A DNA stretch of 64,000 nucleotides from Lingula anatina (lineage: Eukaryota > Animalia > Brachiopoda). The first letter of the stretch is position 1, and every line of letters starts with the position of its first letter. Location: assembly GCA_051362555.1 (NCBI GenBank), contig CM120646.1, positions 21,948,001 through 22,012,000 on the forward strand, in the 5' to 3' direction. Below the pieces are notes generated by a model. The model did no database searches and was not told the origin of the DNA. It saw only the letters and a program-made list of their open reading frames with translations. Positions 40,841-52,571 of the stretch are shown piece by piece. Both the position numbers and the translations under genes were made by a program.

Positions 40841-41000
40841 ACATTTCAACTGTCTGCCTGTCTCACCAATGTAAAAGGAATTATAGTTATGGCAGTTGGT
40901 CCTGTATATTGTCCCACAACGTTGTTCTTGGGAGGGCGTGTCCTTTGGTGCCAATAGGTGTTGTTTCAGTGTGCACTGTGTTTTTTGTAGATCCTGCACA
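40840..41000 (-). mobile_element. Penelope-like GIY-YIG endonuclease fragment
   Basis: LKQHLLAPKD...GTIYRTNCHNYNSFYIGETGRQLK. Confidence 0.75.
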
Positions 41001-41681
41001 CTTTCTCTGAAATTCCTTTACAATAAGGGAGAGTTGGATTGTTATGATTATGATTTATTTCAGTGCAAAACAATTAGCACAGGAAGGAAAGATATGGTTG
41101 TTTATCCAAAAAAATGGTTGTTTATTAAAATGTATACATTCCAGACCTATTCACACGTAAAGCATCATGGGATTGGTATTAAATATCGTATAAAATATGC
41201 CCTTTTCATATTCAGTTATGTATATCCAAGGACGACCACAGACTATTCCGAAGACGGATTGTAACACCACATAATGACGTCATGAAGACGACATGGCGTC
41301 ATATGAAGAATTAATTTAAACTTAGCCCATACAATTGTATTAAAACCAACGATTTACATTTTACTCTAACGCAACCTTTGATAATTGGCACAACAAGGCT
41401 TATTGATGTGTGAAATAATGTTAATACAGGCATTTGGGAAATATTGCTTTAGTATAAGTACACCCTTCGTAAATGGTAAAACTCTATCCATGAATCACTC
41501 TACAAACGTAGATACTGAAATCATTTATCAAATGTCCGTAACAACTGGTAAAATGCACCATCATTGATAGGTTAAGGAAGACATAAAAACATTGAAATCT
41601 ATATGTAGCATTTTATAAGTATTTTTTTTCGTCTGGAGAAGCCCCTGACAACTAATACATGTAGAACCTACCGACACAGGC

Positions 41682-41683
<2 letters not shown>

Positions 41684-41766
<83 letters not shown>
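41684..41766. repeat. Compound (TG)n(TA)n microsatellite
   Basis: Read directly from the sequence. Confidence 0.95.
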
Positions 41767-41767
<1 letters not shown>

Positions 41768-41789
41768 GCGTATGTCTGGGTAATGTACA

Positions 41790-43125
41790 CTCAAGAATCA
41801 AAAGTCAAAGGATTATATTGGCATTCTCTATGCCAGTCTTAAGCTCTTTCGTCTAACAACTTTAGTGAGTTCAACCCTGGGCACTGATACAGCTGACAAG
41901 TCTCTACGATGTGGTAAACTGTTTGAAGGACGGCACCACATTCGCATGCTGGAGATTGACCCCCATTCAAACATGTTAGCACGGAAACGGCCATGACCTG
42001 TTCTGATGCGGTTTAGTCGAGTCCATAATAGGCGGCCCAGCTCAGGGCCAGGTGGTCGCCCAGCGGGCAAATAATGTTGTTTTAACGTTGAAACAACGTT
42101 GAACCATAACGTTGAGTAGACATTGAATAAACGTTGGATTTGAAAGTTGTGTCAACCTCAGATAACAGCGTTGTATCAACGTCAAAAAACAATGTTATAT
42201 CAACCCCACCCAGCGGGAAAATAGCCTGGATGTGTTTAGCAGTAGGACATGTTTAATGGCTAAATATATGTAGGGTATAAATGTATGGCCTTTAAGTTAG
42301 AATTTCCAAGGTTTAGATTAATATACAGTTGTTCTCTTATATATATATATATAGGCCTATATATATATATATATATATATATAAGAAGATAACTACAACC
42401 TTTTATATATACATATATAACAAAGTCACAGTCACCTCAACCTGTCTATTTATAACAGGTTACCAAGAATTGTTAACTCCATCACATTTACAGCAACTTA
42501 TTCATCCTAGTGTTAGCTGACCTTGCAAGCAATTCAGTTTATTGAAATGTTTTTCTGAATAACAAGTTTAGAAAATTCACTAGTTAACTAAAGACACAAA
42601 ACAACTGTCATTTTTACTTTAAAACCATTTTGTTATTATTTTGATAAATTTAGTTACGGTATTGATAAACAAAGTATCACGTTTTCAATAATTAATATTT
42701 TAAATTACAATTCATAACTGCAAGGTTGTGTCATTGACCAAAATACAACGATGAGTCAACGTGGCTGGATCAACGTTGATTTAACTTTGAATTTACATGT
42801 AGGTAGATCAACGGCAATTCAACGTATCAACCTGTTTTCAACGTTGATCCAACGCAACTATGCCTGCTGGGCGGGTTCTCACTTCAGGAATGAAGTCATA
42901 CAGTCTGCCATTTTGGAGGACATCCCATTACTCCTGCCATTTCACCATTCCCCATGTGTCTGTTGACATTTCATTCTTTTCCTCTAACTTTTGCAAGTAT
43001 GGAATCAATGGAGCCCTTGAGGAAAGCCTGGTATATCCATCATCTTGCCGGAGTCGCTGGATGTCAGGCAGGTTACGACTTATTACTGCAGTCCCTCAAA
43101 TACAACTGTAGAAAATCTCTTGTTC
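41790..43125 (-). mobile_element. Non-LTR (LINE) 3' fragment interrupted by a MITE
   Basis: WTRLNRIRTGHGRFRANMFEWG followed by a degenerate C-x-C-G...H...C C-terminal motif typical of LINE ORF2 ends. Confidence 0.75.
42059..42871. mobile_element. CCCAG...CTGGG non-autonomous DNA transposon (CMC/EnSpm-like)
   Basis: Termini cccagcgggca / tgcctgctggg, 2-bp TSD CG, subterminal aacgttg repeats. Confidence 0.75.
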
Positions 43126-43523
43126 ACGAGGGACCTTGAAAGGGGGTTTTGACTAGCATTCTGCCAGTTTTTTTTCCGGGGACACTGGTTGTCTTTGTAC
43201 GACCAGCTCGGCGCAGTCTAAGGAAAATACACTCCCAAGATTGACCAAACCAACGAGCCTTTACACAAGGGCAGAAATTGCCGAAACGACCCCCACATAC
43301 ATTTCTGGCCATAGTACATGCAGCTGCATGGATCAATTGCCTCGAGATTTGTGTGGTAATTAGGTGTCGTGCAGAAAAGGTCGCCACCAGATGTCACTGA
43401 AACCGAGTCAGTACCTAAAAAACGAGGCTGTATCTCGAAAGCGAGGCTTCCCCATTGTTGTTATCTGAAAGAAAGTAGAGCACGAAATTCGTTTCCACTT
43501 TCAATCTACTGAAACCTGTAAAA

Positions 43524-45354
43524 ATGCCTAGTCTGTGCTGTGTACCACACTGTTCGAATAGAGGAGGACACCAGTTTCCAACAGAAAAATGTTTGCGTGA
43601 GAAATGGATTCACGCCGTGAAGAGGGCTTCAAATTTACAAGGTGGTCGCTGGTCGCCGAAAAAATAAATGGTTGTTTGCTACGAGCACTTCACACCGGAC
43701 GATTACGTTATGAACACATATCATGGTAAGGTTTGTGGATAATTATAGGTTGTATCTTTAGATGTAATTTAACATTGTATGGGGCCTGCCGCTAGTATAA
43801 TGAGTAGTATTAGTACAAGTTGTCTTTCAAGTTCCAGGTATGCGTGTATATATATATATTATATACATGTATATTGTTATTGTAGTTGCCGTGTTGGTAA
43901 ATCTGGTGGAAATGTCTAATGTAATGAGCAAGAGATTATATTTTAACAAGCTTACAACAGTTATGGGTTACCATGATTCTTATTATTTGTAGTATTATTT
44001 GGAGGAGTATATCACTTCGAATAAACATGCATTTTATTTATGAATTGATCTGTTAACTTATTATAATGAATAACAGTTGAAGTAGATTATACCTCATATG
44101 TCCCCTGCCCTAGTCAATAAAATATTAATGAATGGAAAATAATAACTTATTATTATTATTAAAAATTTTCCTTTGGTATTAGGAACAAAGAGAAGTAAAA
44201 GGCAACTGAAACCTGCGGCAGTACCATCTTTGTTTTCTTGGCAGACAGAAGAATCTCAGGCTGCCAAGAACAGGTCAAACAGAGCAAGAAGGCGTAGTGA
44301 TCGCGGTGAGCAACCCCAACCCAATCCTGAAGTTGTATTTGAAGGTGTTGATGTGACAGAGGAAATTATTGAGGTAGACACTCCAGATATTGTGCTGGAA
44401 GCTACTAGTGCACCAACCACCCTAGGTGACAGTTCCACACAGACTCCCTTCTACCCTAAACTTTCTTTTGAGGAGCTGAGCACCAATGATAAAATGCTAA
44501 ACTATTACACAGGATTGCAGAATCATGAACATTTTGTCTATGTTTTATCAACACTAGGCCCTGCTGCCTACCACTTAAATAATAGGTGGCGAAAACCTAT
44601 CAATATTTCAGTTGAAAATCAGTTACTATTGACTTTAGTTAAACTTCGCTTACATTCTCCAAACAAAGAAGTTGGATTTTTATTTGGCATATCAGAATTT
44701 TGTGTGAGCAATATCTTTGTCACGTGGGTCAATTTCATGTATTTTGAGTGGCAAAAACTTGACATCTGGCCTGTCAAAGAACTTGTTGACTTTTATATGC
44801 CTCAGGACTTCAAAGATAAGTTCCCTACCACTAGAGTCATTATAGGTGAAGTTGAAATGCCCATCAAGAAACCCAGCAAGCCTGTTGCCCAGCAAGTAAC
44901 TTTTTCTACGTACAAAAACAAGAACACCATCAAGACTATCGTTGGTGTGACTCCTGGTGGGATGGTTTCACACATTCCCCCTGCCTATGGTGGCTCTGCA
45001 AGTGACCGTTTGTTAATAGAGCGAGACAACATCCATGTCAAATGCCAGCGTGGGGATTCTGTGATGGCAGATAAAGGATTTGATATACAGGACATTTATG
45101 CTCCTTATGGTGTATTAGTGAATACTCCAACTTTTTTCCGAAATAAGAACCAGTTATCAGGAACTGAAATTCTCCACGATAGAAAAATTGCCAGTAAACG
45201 TGTTCATGTTGAGAGACTGATTGGTCTGGCCAAAACTTATAAAATAATGAAGACCCCATTAAATGACACTGAAACTGCATTGGGCACACAGATAGTGTTT
45301 GTGTGTTTTATGCTTGTAAACTTCAGAAACTGCATTGTACCCAAAACAGCATAG
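43524..45354 (+). pseudogene. THAP + HTH + DDE_Tnp_4 transposase (2 exons: 43524-43725, 44183-45354)
   Basis: THAP CCVPHC...W...C..HF...AVP; FSTYKNKNTIK, YGGSASDR, VMADKGF, RVHVERLIG. Stop TAA at 43665, and the first catalytic Asp position reads IIGEVE. Confidence 0.9.
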
Positions 45355-45755
45355 CCTGTGTAAATTGCAAGATGTGATTGATAATATGAACAAAAGTTTA
45401 TTTCCTACAAACATTTAATTCATTAAACATGCAAATATTTCTCAGATGCAAACAAACATAGCTTTTATTGTACACATAATTGAATATCAAGGTGCATCTG
45501 CAGAGCAATACAAAGGAGTGAATTTGAAAACCTTCAAAGGCTACCATTTTCCATTATCACATGAATACAGTGCATGAAATTAAGATATTATCTGCTTAGA
45601 CATAAGGTAAATGGTACGATTTTAAACTTGGCATTATTTGTATATATTCTGAAAGCATTAATAATAACTGCATCATTATATGTACTTGGTGATACAAGCA
45701 TTTTCTTTGTTAATGTGCTTCTTAACATTTAGAGGGGACAAAGGCACAACACATT

Positions 45756-47943
45756 TCAATAACTTTCATGATACAGGTACCTTTCCAAATAAACTCTTCT
45801 GAAATGCTTAACAAAAAAATCATCTAATTTTTTTAACATTTCCTCTACCATCACTATGTCATAAGTGATACTAATTATTTTAATGTCTTTGAGGGTAAAT
45901 ACTGCAAAGTCACACTTTTTTGTCTTTGTTATGTGCATTGCACCTTGCACCTGATACATATAGTCATGGTTTTTCTTTAATTTCAACTGGCCATTGTTCT
46001 CATATTCTAAGTACACTGTAGGGCACTGTGACTGGGGATATGATTTGCTCTTTACTTGAATAAGGACACTTCACTTCTAATATCTTGTCGACGCTCACAA
46101 TACCATCCGGAGAGGCAGCAAGATATGGACGAGATGCATCAACCCATAATCCAGTTTTCTGAACAGTCACCCCGGAAATTTTCTCATATTTACGTACTGC
46201 TTTGAACTCATAACGTTGTCCATGGCGAATGGGTTTGGTATTCAACTGTTTTACAGATTGAAGTTCTTTGGCAGCTTTGCCAGGGTCTGCCTTCTTCATT
46301 TTACAAATTTTCCCAAAGTTTGAAGAAGTAATTCTTTTACAGCGCTCGGAATACCAAATTTTGTTTGTGTTTTGTCCCATAGTTGCTGTCTTCACTTTCT
46401 GCATTTCAGTGGCATTGATTGCGGTAATGTTTTCAGATTCAAGAAATTGATCTTCTGGTGATAGTTTATTGTAATCATGGTCTGAGTAAACAGCCCTGAG
46501 ATTTGCAGGAGGGAATAATTGAAGGATAGCAGGATTGGCAGATGTGTTGGCAGCAAAGTTGATGGAAGCATTGGCTACTCTTGAGTAAACAGCCAAAGGT
46601 GTTTCATTGAACTGTTCTGGAATGGGGTTAAATATTAATTTGGAATTGTTAGACCTGGATGGCACATTGGCTGTCTTGATGGGAGAACCATAGTGAATTT
46701 TCTTTGGGCGATGAAAAGACTGCAACTCTGCTGTACATGTCGTTTCCAAGACCATTTTATTTCCATTGCTGCAGTCCAAAATTGCTAGCATGCATGCCCT
46801 TACATGCTTACAGTGTGCTGACGGCCCTTCCCCTGCTTTGCACTCACACTGGCTTTCTAAAAAATATCCATCTTGCTCCAGCTTGATATCTATGGTGTAA
46901 GTAACTGCTTTACGCATCTTTGCACCACACTGAGCTCGCACAAAAATAAATGATTCAGTTTTGCAAAACCGAATAAATCTGATGAATCTGGAATATAATA
47001 TAATATAATATAATATAATATAATATAATATAATTTTTCTTTCTTCTAAGATTGCAACCCACTCCGATCTCTAGCCCAAAATAGTATTACAAAATTTAGA
47101 GAGTCCTCTGTACCTGAGATAATTTAAGGTAAAAAAGCAGACTATTTCTTAAGATTATAAATTAATACTGAAACAACATACCTGTCCTTGTACATATCCA
47201 TTGCTAGTTTGTTGAGACTTGTCTCTAGGGGCAGAAGGAACTGATCAACAAACTCTTGGCTTGTTTTGATCACTGAACCTGCCACGTCTTTGTACAACTT
47301 ATCATCTGGTCTTAGCATTTGGTACTCCCTCTTTGACTCCTCTTGGCCAGTCAAGCACATTCTGTCATATGCAACTAAACTAAAATTAAATAAAAATATA
47401 CAAAAACATTATTATTTTAGGACACTTAACTTCCATAAATATATAAAGACGATTTCACAGATACAGGGTACAAGTATCTTAATTGTTTTAGATTTAAATT
47501 TATTCATGATTTCAGTATTTAAAAAAATGCATATCAAGAACATAATTTTCTTATTTTTAATATTAATGACTGCATGTTTACCAAGCTCACCCAAAAGCTA
47601 CGCACACATTTCCGCCATTAATTCAACAAATTACGACACGAAAAGGTCTTCTCACGGGCGAAAAAAAACTACAATAATAAACAACTAACGAAATTCTGAA
47701 ATTCGCATACTCTTCGACTTTCTCCTCAAATATCTGCTTCGGGAGTAATACTAGTATATCTATTAGTAATACTAACAGTAAATTACAAAATTCAATGAGA
47801 TTGAGTGCTACACGAAAAGCGCTTGAAAGCGAAACGCTCACTCACCGGTCTATTAAATCTTTTTTCCTGCCACTGACCCGTGCTCTTCTTCTTCTCAGTT
47901 CTTCTTTCAGTTTCTTTAACGGCCATTCATCATATTTAGTCAT
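45756..47943 (-). pseudogene. SAP + SWIM zinc finger + YqaJ/lambda-exonuclease-like protein (3 exons)
   Basis: Exon 1 47943-47846 MTKYDEWPLKKLKEELRRRARVSGRKKDLIDR (SAP); CECKAGEG...CKH (SWIM); W..ER..RITSSNF, LAASPDG, LEVKCP, YMYQVQG; frameshift near 46010. Confidence 0.88.
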
Positions 47944-48958
47944 TTTTGCGGTACAAAAGAGAAAAAACTAATCATAAATCGCGATGACACAATCGTATTG
48001 CCCACGCTATAAACAGGAAGTTCAATTTCCTGTGCTGGTGCGGTTGTGGCGACGCGTAGCGGGGATATCTGCACGGTCTCTCATTAGGTGACACACCTGG
48101 CTATACATGGAGTGACACCTCAGTTTCGGATCAAAATAGTTTGAGAGAAAATGAATATTGTTTTTATAAAATGTCCCCGACAAATAAGAAGATATTCATA
48201 TTAAGAATTAATTCTAATTTAAATTAAAATTGGAAGAAGTTTTTTATATTTCTTACCAATTTTGTTTTTGTTTCATATATTAATGTATTTAAACATTATC
48301 TGTTTTCTCATTTATCCATAAGAATGGGTATTTTATAGTTGTTTTCGTATTTTACATTGCATAGACCATCCAATACTCCAGGTCAGCGTCTCCCCCAGCA
48401 GTACCAGGGAGGTCAACGAGTCTGTCACTTTAATATGTACAGCACACGGCAATCCAACTGTCACTTCCTATAGATGGCAGAAAGGTAGCTGGACAACAGG
48501 ACAAGCCAACCATACTATAAAACAACTGACCAAGGATGATACAGGGCAGTACACCTGTACTGTAACAGCCAACTCAATCGGGCATGGGGATCTTATCTTT
48601 ACAAGGGAAGTTACTCTCACTGCATAATGTAACTCCAGTTCCTGTGGAAATGCATGCTTATAGATGCAGCAACACAATATTAACATTTTTCTTATGAAGA
48701 GAAACAATACAAACAAATATAATTTTGGTAATATATAGACTGATTTATCAGTAACATATTCCCTTATTGTAGATCTCACTGTGACTTTCCCTGTTGTCTC
48801 AGAGCAGACTGAAGGTGACAGCCTGTCTATGACGTGTACAGCACAAAGAGAACCTGGTGGAAACAACATACGATATCAAAAGTGGATGTTTCAGCCAACA
48901 GGAGGAGGTTCAGTTACAGAACTTGACAATAGCAGCGACAGATTGGTGATAACACGTA

Positions 48959-49231
48959 TGTTAGTTAGTGACAGCATGCAGTGAATAAGAGCGGGGAGTG
49001 TTTAGTAGAGTAACGTAAGTTGATTGACATGCTCTTATGGTATTTATACAACTGCGCTTAGTGTAAACAGAGAGAAGGCCGCTACAGATTGCATGAGGTA
49101 GAAATAGAAATGAAGGAAGCGGCGCGGGTAATAACTGGACAGTAGTTCAATAAATAATAAGAAAGATAATATCTGAGTTGTATTTGCTACCTCGCGTAAC
49201 ATGATGAAGACAAGCCAACAACTTCGTCACA
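48959..49231 (+). repeat. 5' LTR
   Basis: Matches 53996-54268; contains AATAAA. Confidence 0.93.
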
Positions 49232-49233
49232 AA

Positions 49234-49246
49234 TGGTGGAGGATGC
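49234..49246 (+). promoter_or_regulatory. Primer-binding site TGGTGGAGGATGC (complementary to the tRNA-Ala 3' end)
   Basis: 2 nt after the LTR end; complements ...GCATCCTCCACCA. Confidence 0.85.
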
Positions 49247-52228
49247 AAAATATAAACATAGATGTTTGACATCATGAGTCTTGTCGGAAAGAGAGAACGA
49301 TCACCGGACGGAAATATGCAGGCGAACACAAAGTATCTAGATGGGAGATTGGAATTGGACAAACAAAAAAACGGAAGGTAAGACAATTGCTTTAAACGAT
49401 TTTTTTAGAAAATGCTTTTTGCGATATTTCGATGACTTTATGGTAGACAGCCACAATTTCAAACATTGCCTTAGTGAGGTAAACATAGTTTTACGAAGTC
49501 TGAGTAATGCAAACTTAGCATTATCTGAATAGTTTCATTGCGCGAGAAAAAGGTCAGGTATTAAGGATACATAGTTGCAGTAACTGATATTCGCGTTGAC
49601 AAAGTGTAAGGCAGTGCCAGAATTCCATGCCCAATTGAATGTAATCGAATTTCTAGAAGTAATGAATTATTGGTTATTTATTTTATCCCTTAACAGATTT
49701 CAATTAAGCAGAGTTAAGGTAAACACCTCGCGAATGCGGATGCAATTAGCCGCCGCCCTTACCATGAGGGAAACGTTGGAGAATAAGACTTAGAAAAGCA
49801 TAATGACCCTGCACATTTTTTTTTTAATGATGCATGTTTGAACAGAATACATATGTTAGACACTATCTTGAGACAAGTACTTAACTTTAAATTAAAACAG
49901 AGTGGCTACGAATTTAAAGGTCTGGAATGCTTTTAACAGTTAGAGAAAGGTGACAAAAATATGACGTTGTCAAAATGTCAAGATTGCGAGGCATTTGTTT
50001 TAAAGAGGAATTGTTTTAAAAAGTCTAACGTAAAGATAAGAATTTTGCGTCAGTTATCACATATTTGACATTAGACGAACTTATACATAGTTGCAGAGGC
50101 ACTCGGCTTCTTGTTGTTAGAGATAGGAGATAACGTGATAATTGATGGCAGAAAATCACCCCACCCAGGAGGTTCTTTGCAACTTGTTTTTCAGACAAGT
50201 TAGAGTACAAAGTTTTGTCTAGTTTACACGACAACGCAATCGGTCATAAGGTTATTCAAAACACGTAGTTACTATTACGCACACGAAGTATTTTTTAGAA
50301 AAGGTCATTTACAAATGTCATTATGTTCGTTCTTGTGTTGAATGTTTGACAAGGAAAGTTCCTCCAAAATAACTCCAGGGCTTCGTTGCTAACTTTGCCC
50401 ATAAACGAAGAGAGTAAGAAAAAAAAATAGAAAAATGATGAAAAACGAGAAAATGAGACTGCAGGACAAGCGAATTTGTCCCAGACCACTGATGAATTAT
50501 TTGAAGTAAAAGACTTACGAGGTCGCGTCAGATAAAAAGTTGAAGCACAGTCTCTTATTTAGTGGAAATGGATTCCCTTTTGGTTAGAATATTAGGGATC
50601 CAATTGAAAACTAAACGAGGCGTCATTAAAGGGAATAACATAAGAGTAAAGGAAAAGAAGAATATATATTAAGTCGTGTGTCAATGAGATAGAACACACC
50701 TGTTTAAAACAGACAGCAAGATGTGAGTAGCAAACGTGACAAAGTTGAATTCTAATTGGATAGAATTAAGATATTTATAAAAAGACTATTTTAAAGTGAT
50801 GTCATTAAACTTTTTATGGAAAAAATTAAAAGATGCTCTTAAATTTCAATGCCATTGATGTTTGTTTTTAAACATGTACGCTAAGTCTTTTCTAGGACAA
50901 TACTATTAGGAGTTCAACGGCGATATGGTTGTCCCTCATTTTCCCTCGGAATCCGTAACAGATTCACGTAAGTAAGTGTGAGTATTGATTAAAGAAATAA
51001 TTTCAATTGGTTGTAGACTCGTGATAAAATTTGTTTGGTGAATATATTTTGTATGTCTTATATTTTCCGTTACCTGCTAATTTAGATAAATATAAACATT
51101 ATTCTTTTTTTTTTTTTTACTTCTAATGTTTATTAAGTAAATACATTTCCGTTTACATTTTATGCATCTATTGACCTTAAGAATTTTACAGGTTGCGGAA
51201 TGTTTGAAGAGATGCCAACAGTTGAGATATCTCACTTCACTGTTGAAAAATTCGTGACAAGACGGAGAACTGCATTTGAAAATATTTTGTTGTTGACTTG
51301 AACAAAAATGTTGCACTAATCAATATTGATAAAATAGTTAATTTTTCCAGGTTAGCCAGGCAGCGAATGAATTTTTCGTTGTTCGCCTACTCTTGTAATT
51401 TTAATATCCATCATAACGAGTTTTTAAATTTTCTTTTACAGGATATGACGTTTAAATGGCATTCACTTTAATTTCAGGCAATACTAATTATTATTGCACC
51501 TTTTTCGGTTTAGGACTCCTGGACTTACAGTTTGCGTAATTTCAGATGATGAATCATAATTCTTTTCATAAGAATACCCCTCCTGTTTCGCCCACTACCC
51601 CCTTGCAATGTTAAACATCGTCGAGAGTGCGCATGCACCTTTGAGGGTGACAAGCAAATATTAAGATTATGATTAATCTACCTTATTGGAAGTCCCTTCA
51701 ATAAAATTATGTTTTTGGGTTGCGAAGAATAAAATTGGAGAATAGTTTCTCGATAAATTGCCTTAATTAAAGTCCTCATCACTGGCATTTCGACGATCTT
51801 CTTAAAATGATCTTGTCAGTTGATAATGTGGTTATATTGGCAATCAAAAGATCGAATGGAACAAATGAGTTAATGAGAATAAATGATGCAAGGATAAATG
51901 GCCTTATGTGAATATCATTTGATATATTGTGAGGAATAAAATGATTCATATGTGACATATATCAATGTGGTTATGGATAACTGAATATGTGGAGTTGAGG
52001 TATAAAAGTGTGCGCATGACGTTAGGCGAGGGGGATAGGCTCCCCGAAGCCCTGACGTCAACAGGCGGCAGTGGAGTCGCAAGGCTCTGGGGGCACATTA
52101 AAGACGTGCTATAGTGCTGTGGGAGAAGACTGAAGGCCCACTGTGTCTCGAATCCTGAATTAACAGGATACTGTGGTACCGTCTAGTCGGCTCAGTGTTA
52201 ACGAGTTCACTGAGTGGTACGGGGACGA

Positions 52229-52571
52229 CAGTCCTCACCTAGCCATGCGTAGTTGATGCGGTTCCAACACGGTGGTGAACAGGCAAGGCTGGTGAAAACG
52301 GTCAAAGTTCCGATAACCCATGGCAGTGGGACCGGGATCAGACCGTCGGTTACTCCCTGGGAGCCTGGTAAGCTCTACGGGATTGAGTGATCGCTATCGA
52401 CTGGGTCACCGGCCGGTTGGGTCGCAAAAGGCAGTAAGGCTTAAGAATAGCAGCCGCGCTCAGCTCAATGTACAGTCAGGCCCTAGCAAACTGAAAACGA
52501 ATGAGCTAGTAAGTGAGCTAGTGGGAAAGGTACTCAGCCTAGGTTGCGCCCCTGGCAAGGAGGGGAGACTG
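52229..52571 (+). ncRNA. Group I ribozyme core with candidate lariat-capping (GIR1-like) topology
   Basis: Manual fold: P3 GGCUGGUG 52287-94 / CACCGGCC 52407-14; J3/4 AAA; P4 ACGGUC 52298-303 / GACCGU 52341-46; P5 UUCCG/CGGGA; P6 CGGUUACUC 52347-55 / GAGUGAUCG 52385-93; P7 U(C)GACUG 52397-403 / CAGUCA 52473-78; P8 52415-65; P9 region 52479-539. Confidence 0.8.

Larger units (their letters stand above)
43362..48082. mobile_element. ISL2EU/IS4EU-type (PIF/Harbinger-related) two-gene DNA transposon
   Basis: Convergent THAP-DDE transposase and SAP/SWIM/YqaJ genes; imperfect terminal IR containing cgtgcaga (43368) / tctgcacg (48068); ends approximate. Confidence 0.85.

Noticed and set aside
52010-52230. 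Second, IE-type group I core (GCGCAUG / AAAGACGUGCU, GGUACGGGGAC) or a group II intron start (GUGCG)
   Set aside because: No P4-P6 domain upstream of the putative P7, motif order is wrong, local hairpins explain the pairing, and no group II domain V was found.
52118-52240. Hairpin ribozyme (GUGGG-AGAA-G with C-AGUC-CUCAC resembling loop A)
   Set aside because: Helix 2 does not pair and the loop B motifs are absent.
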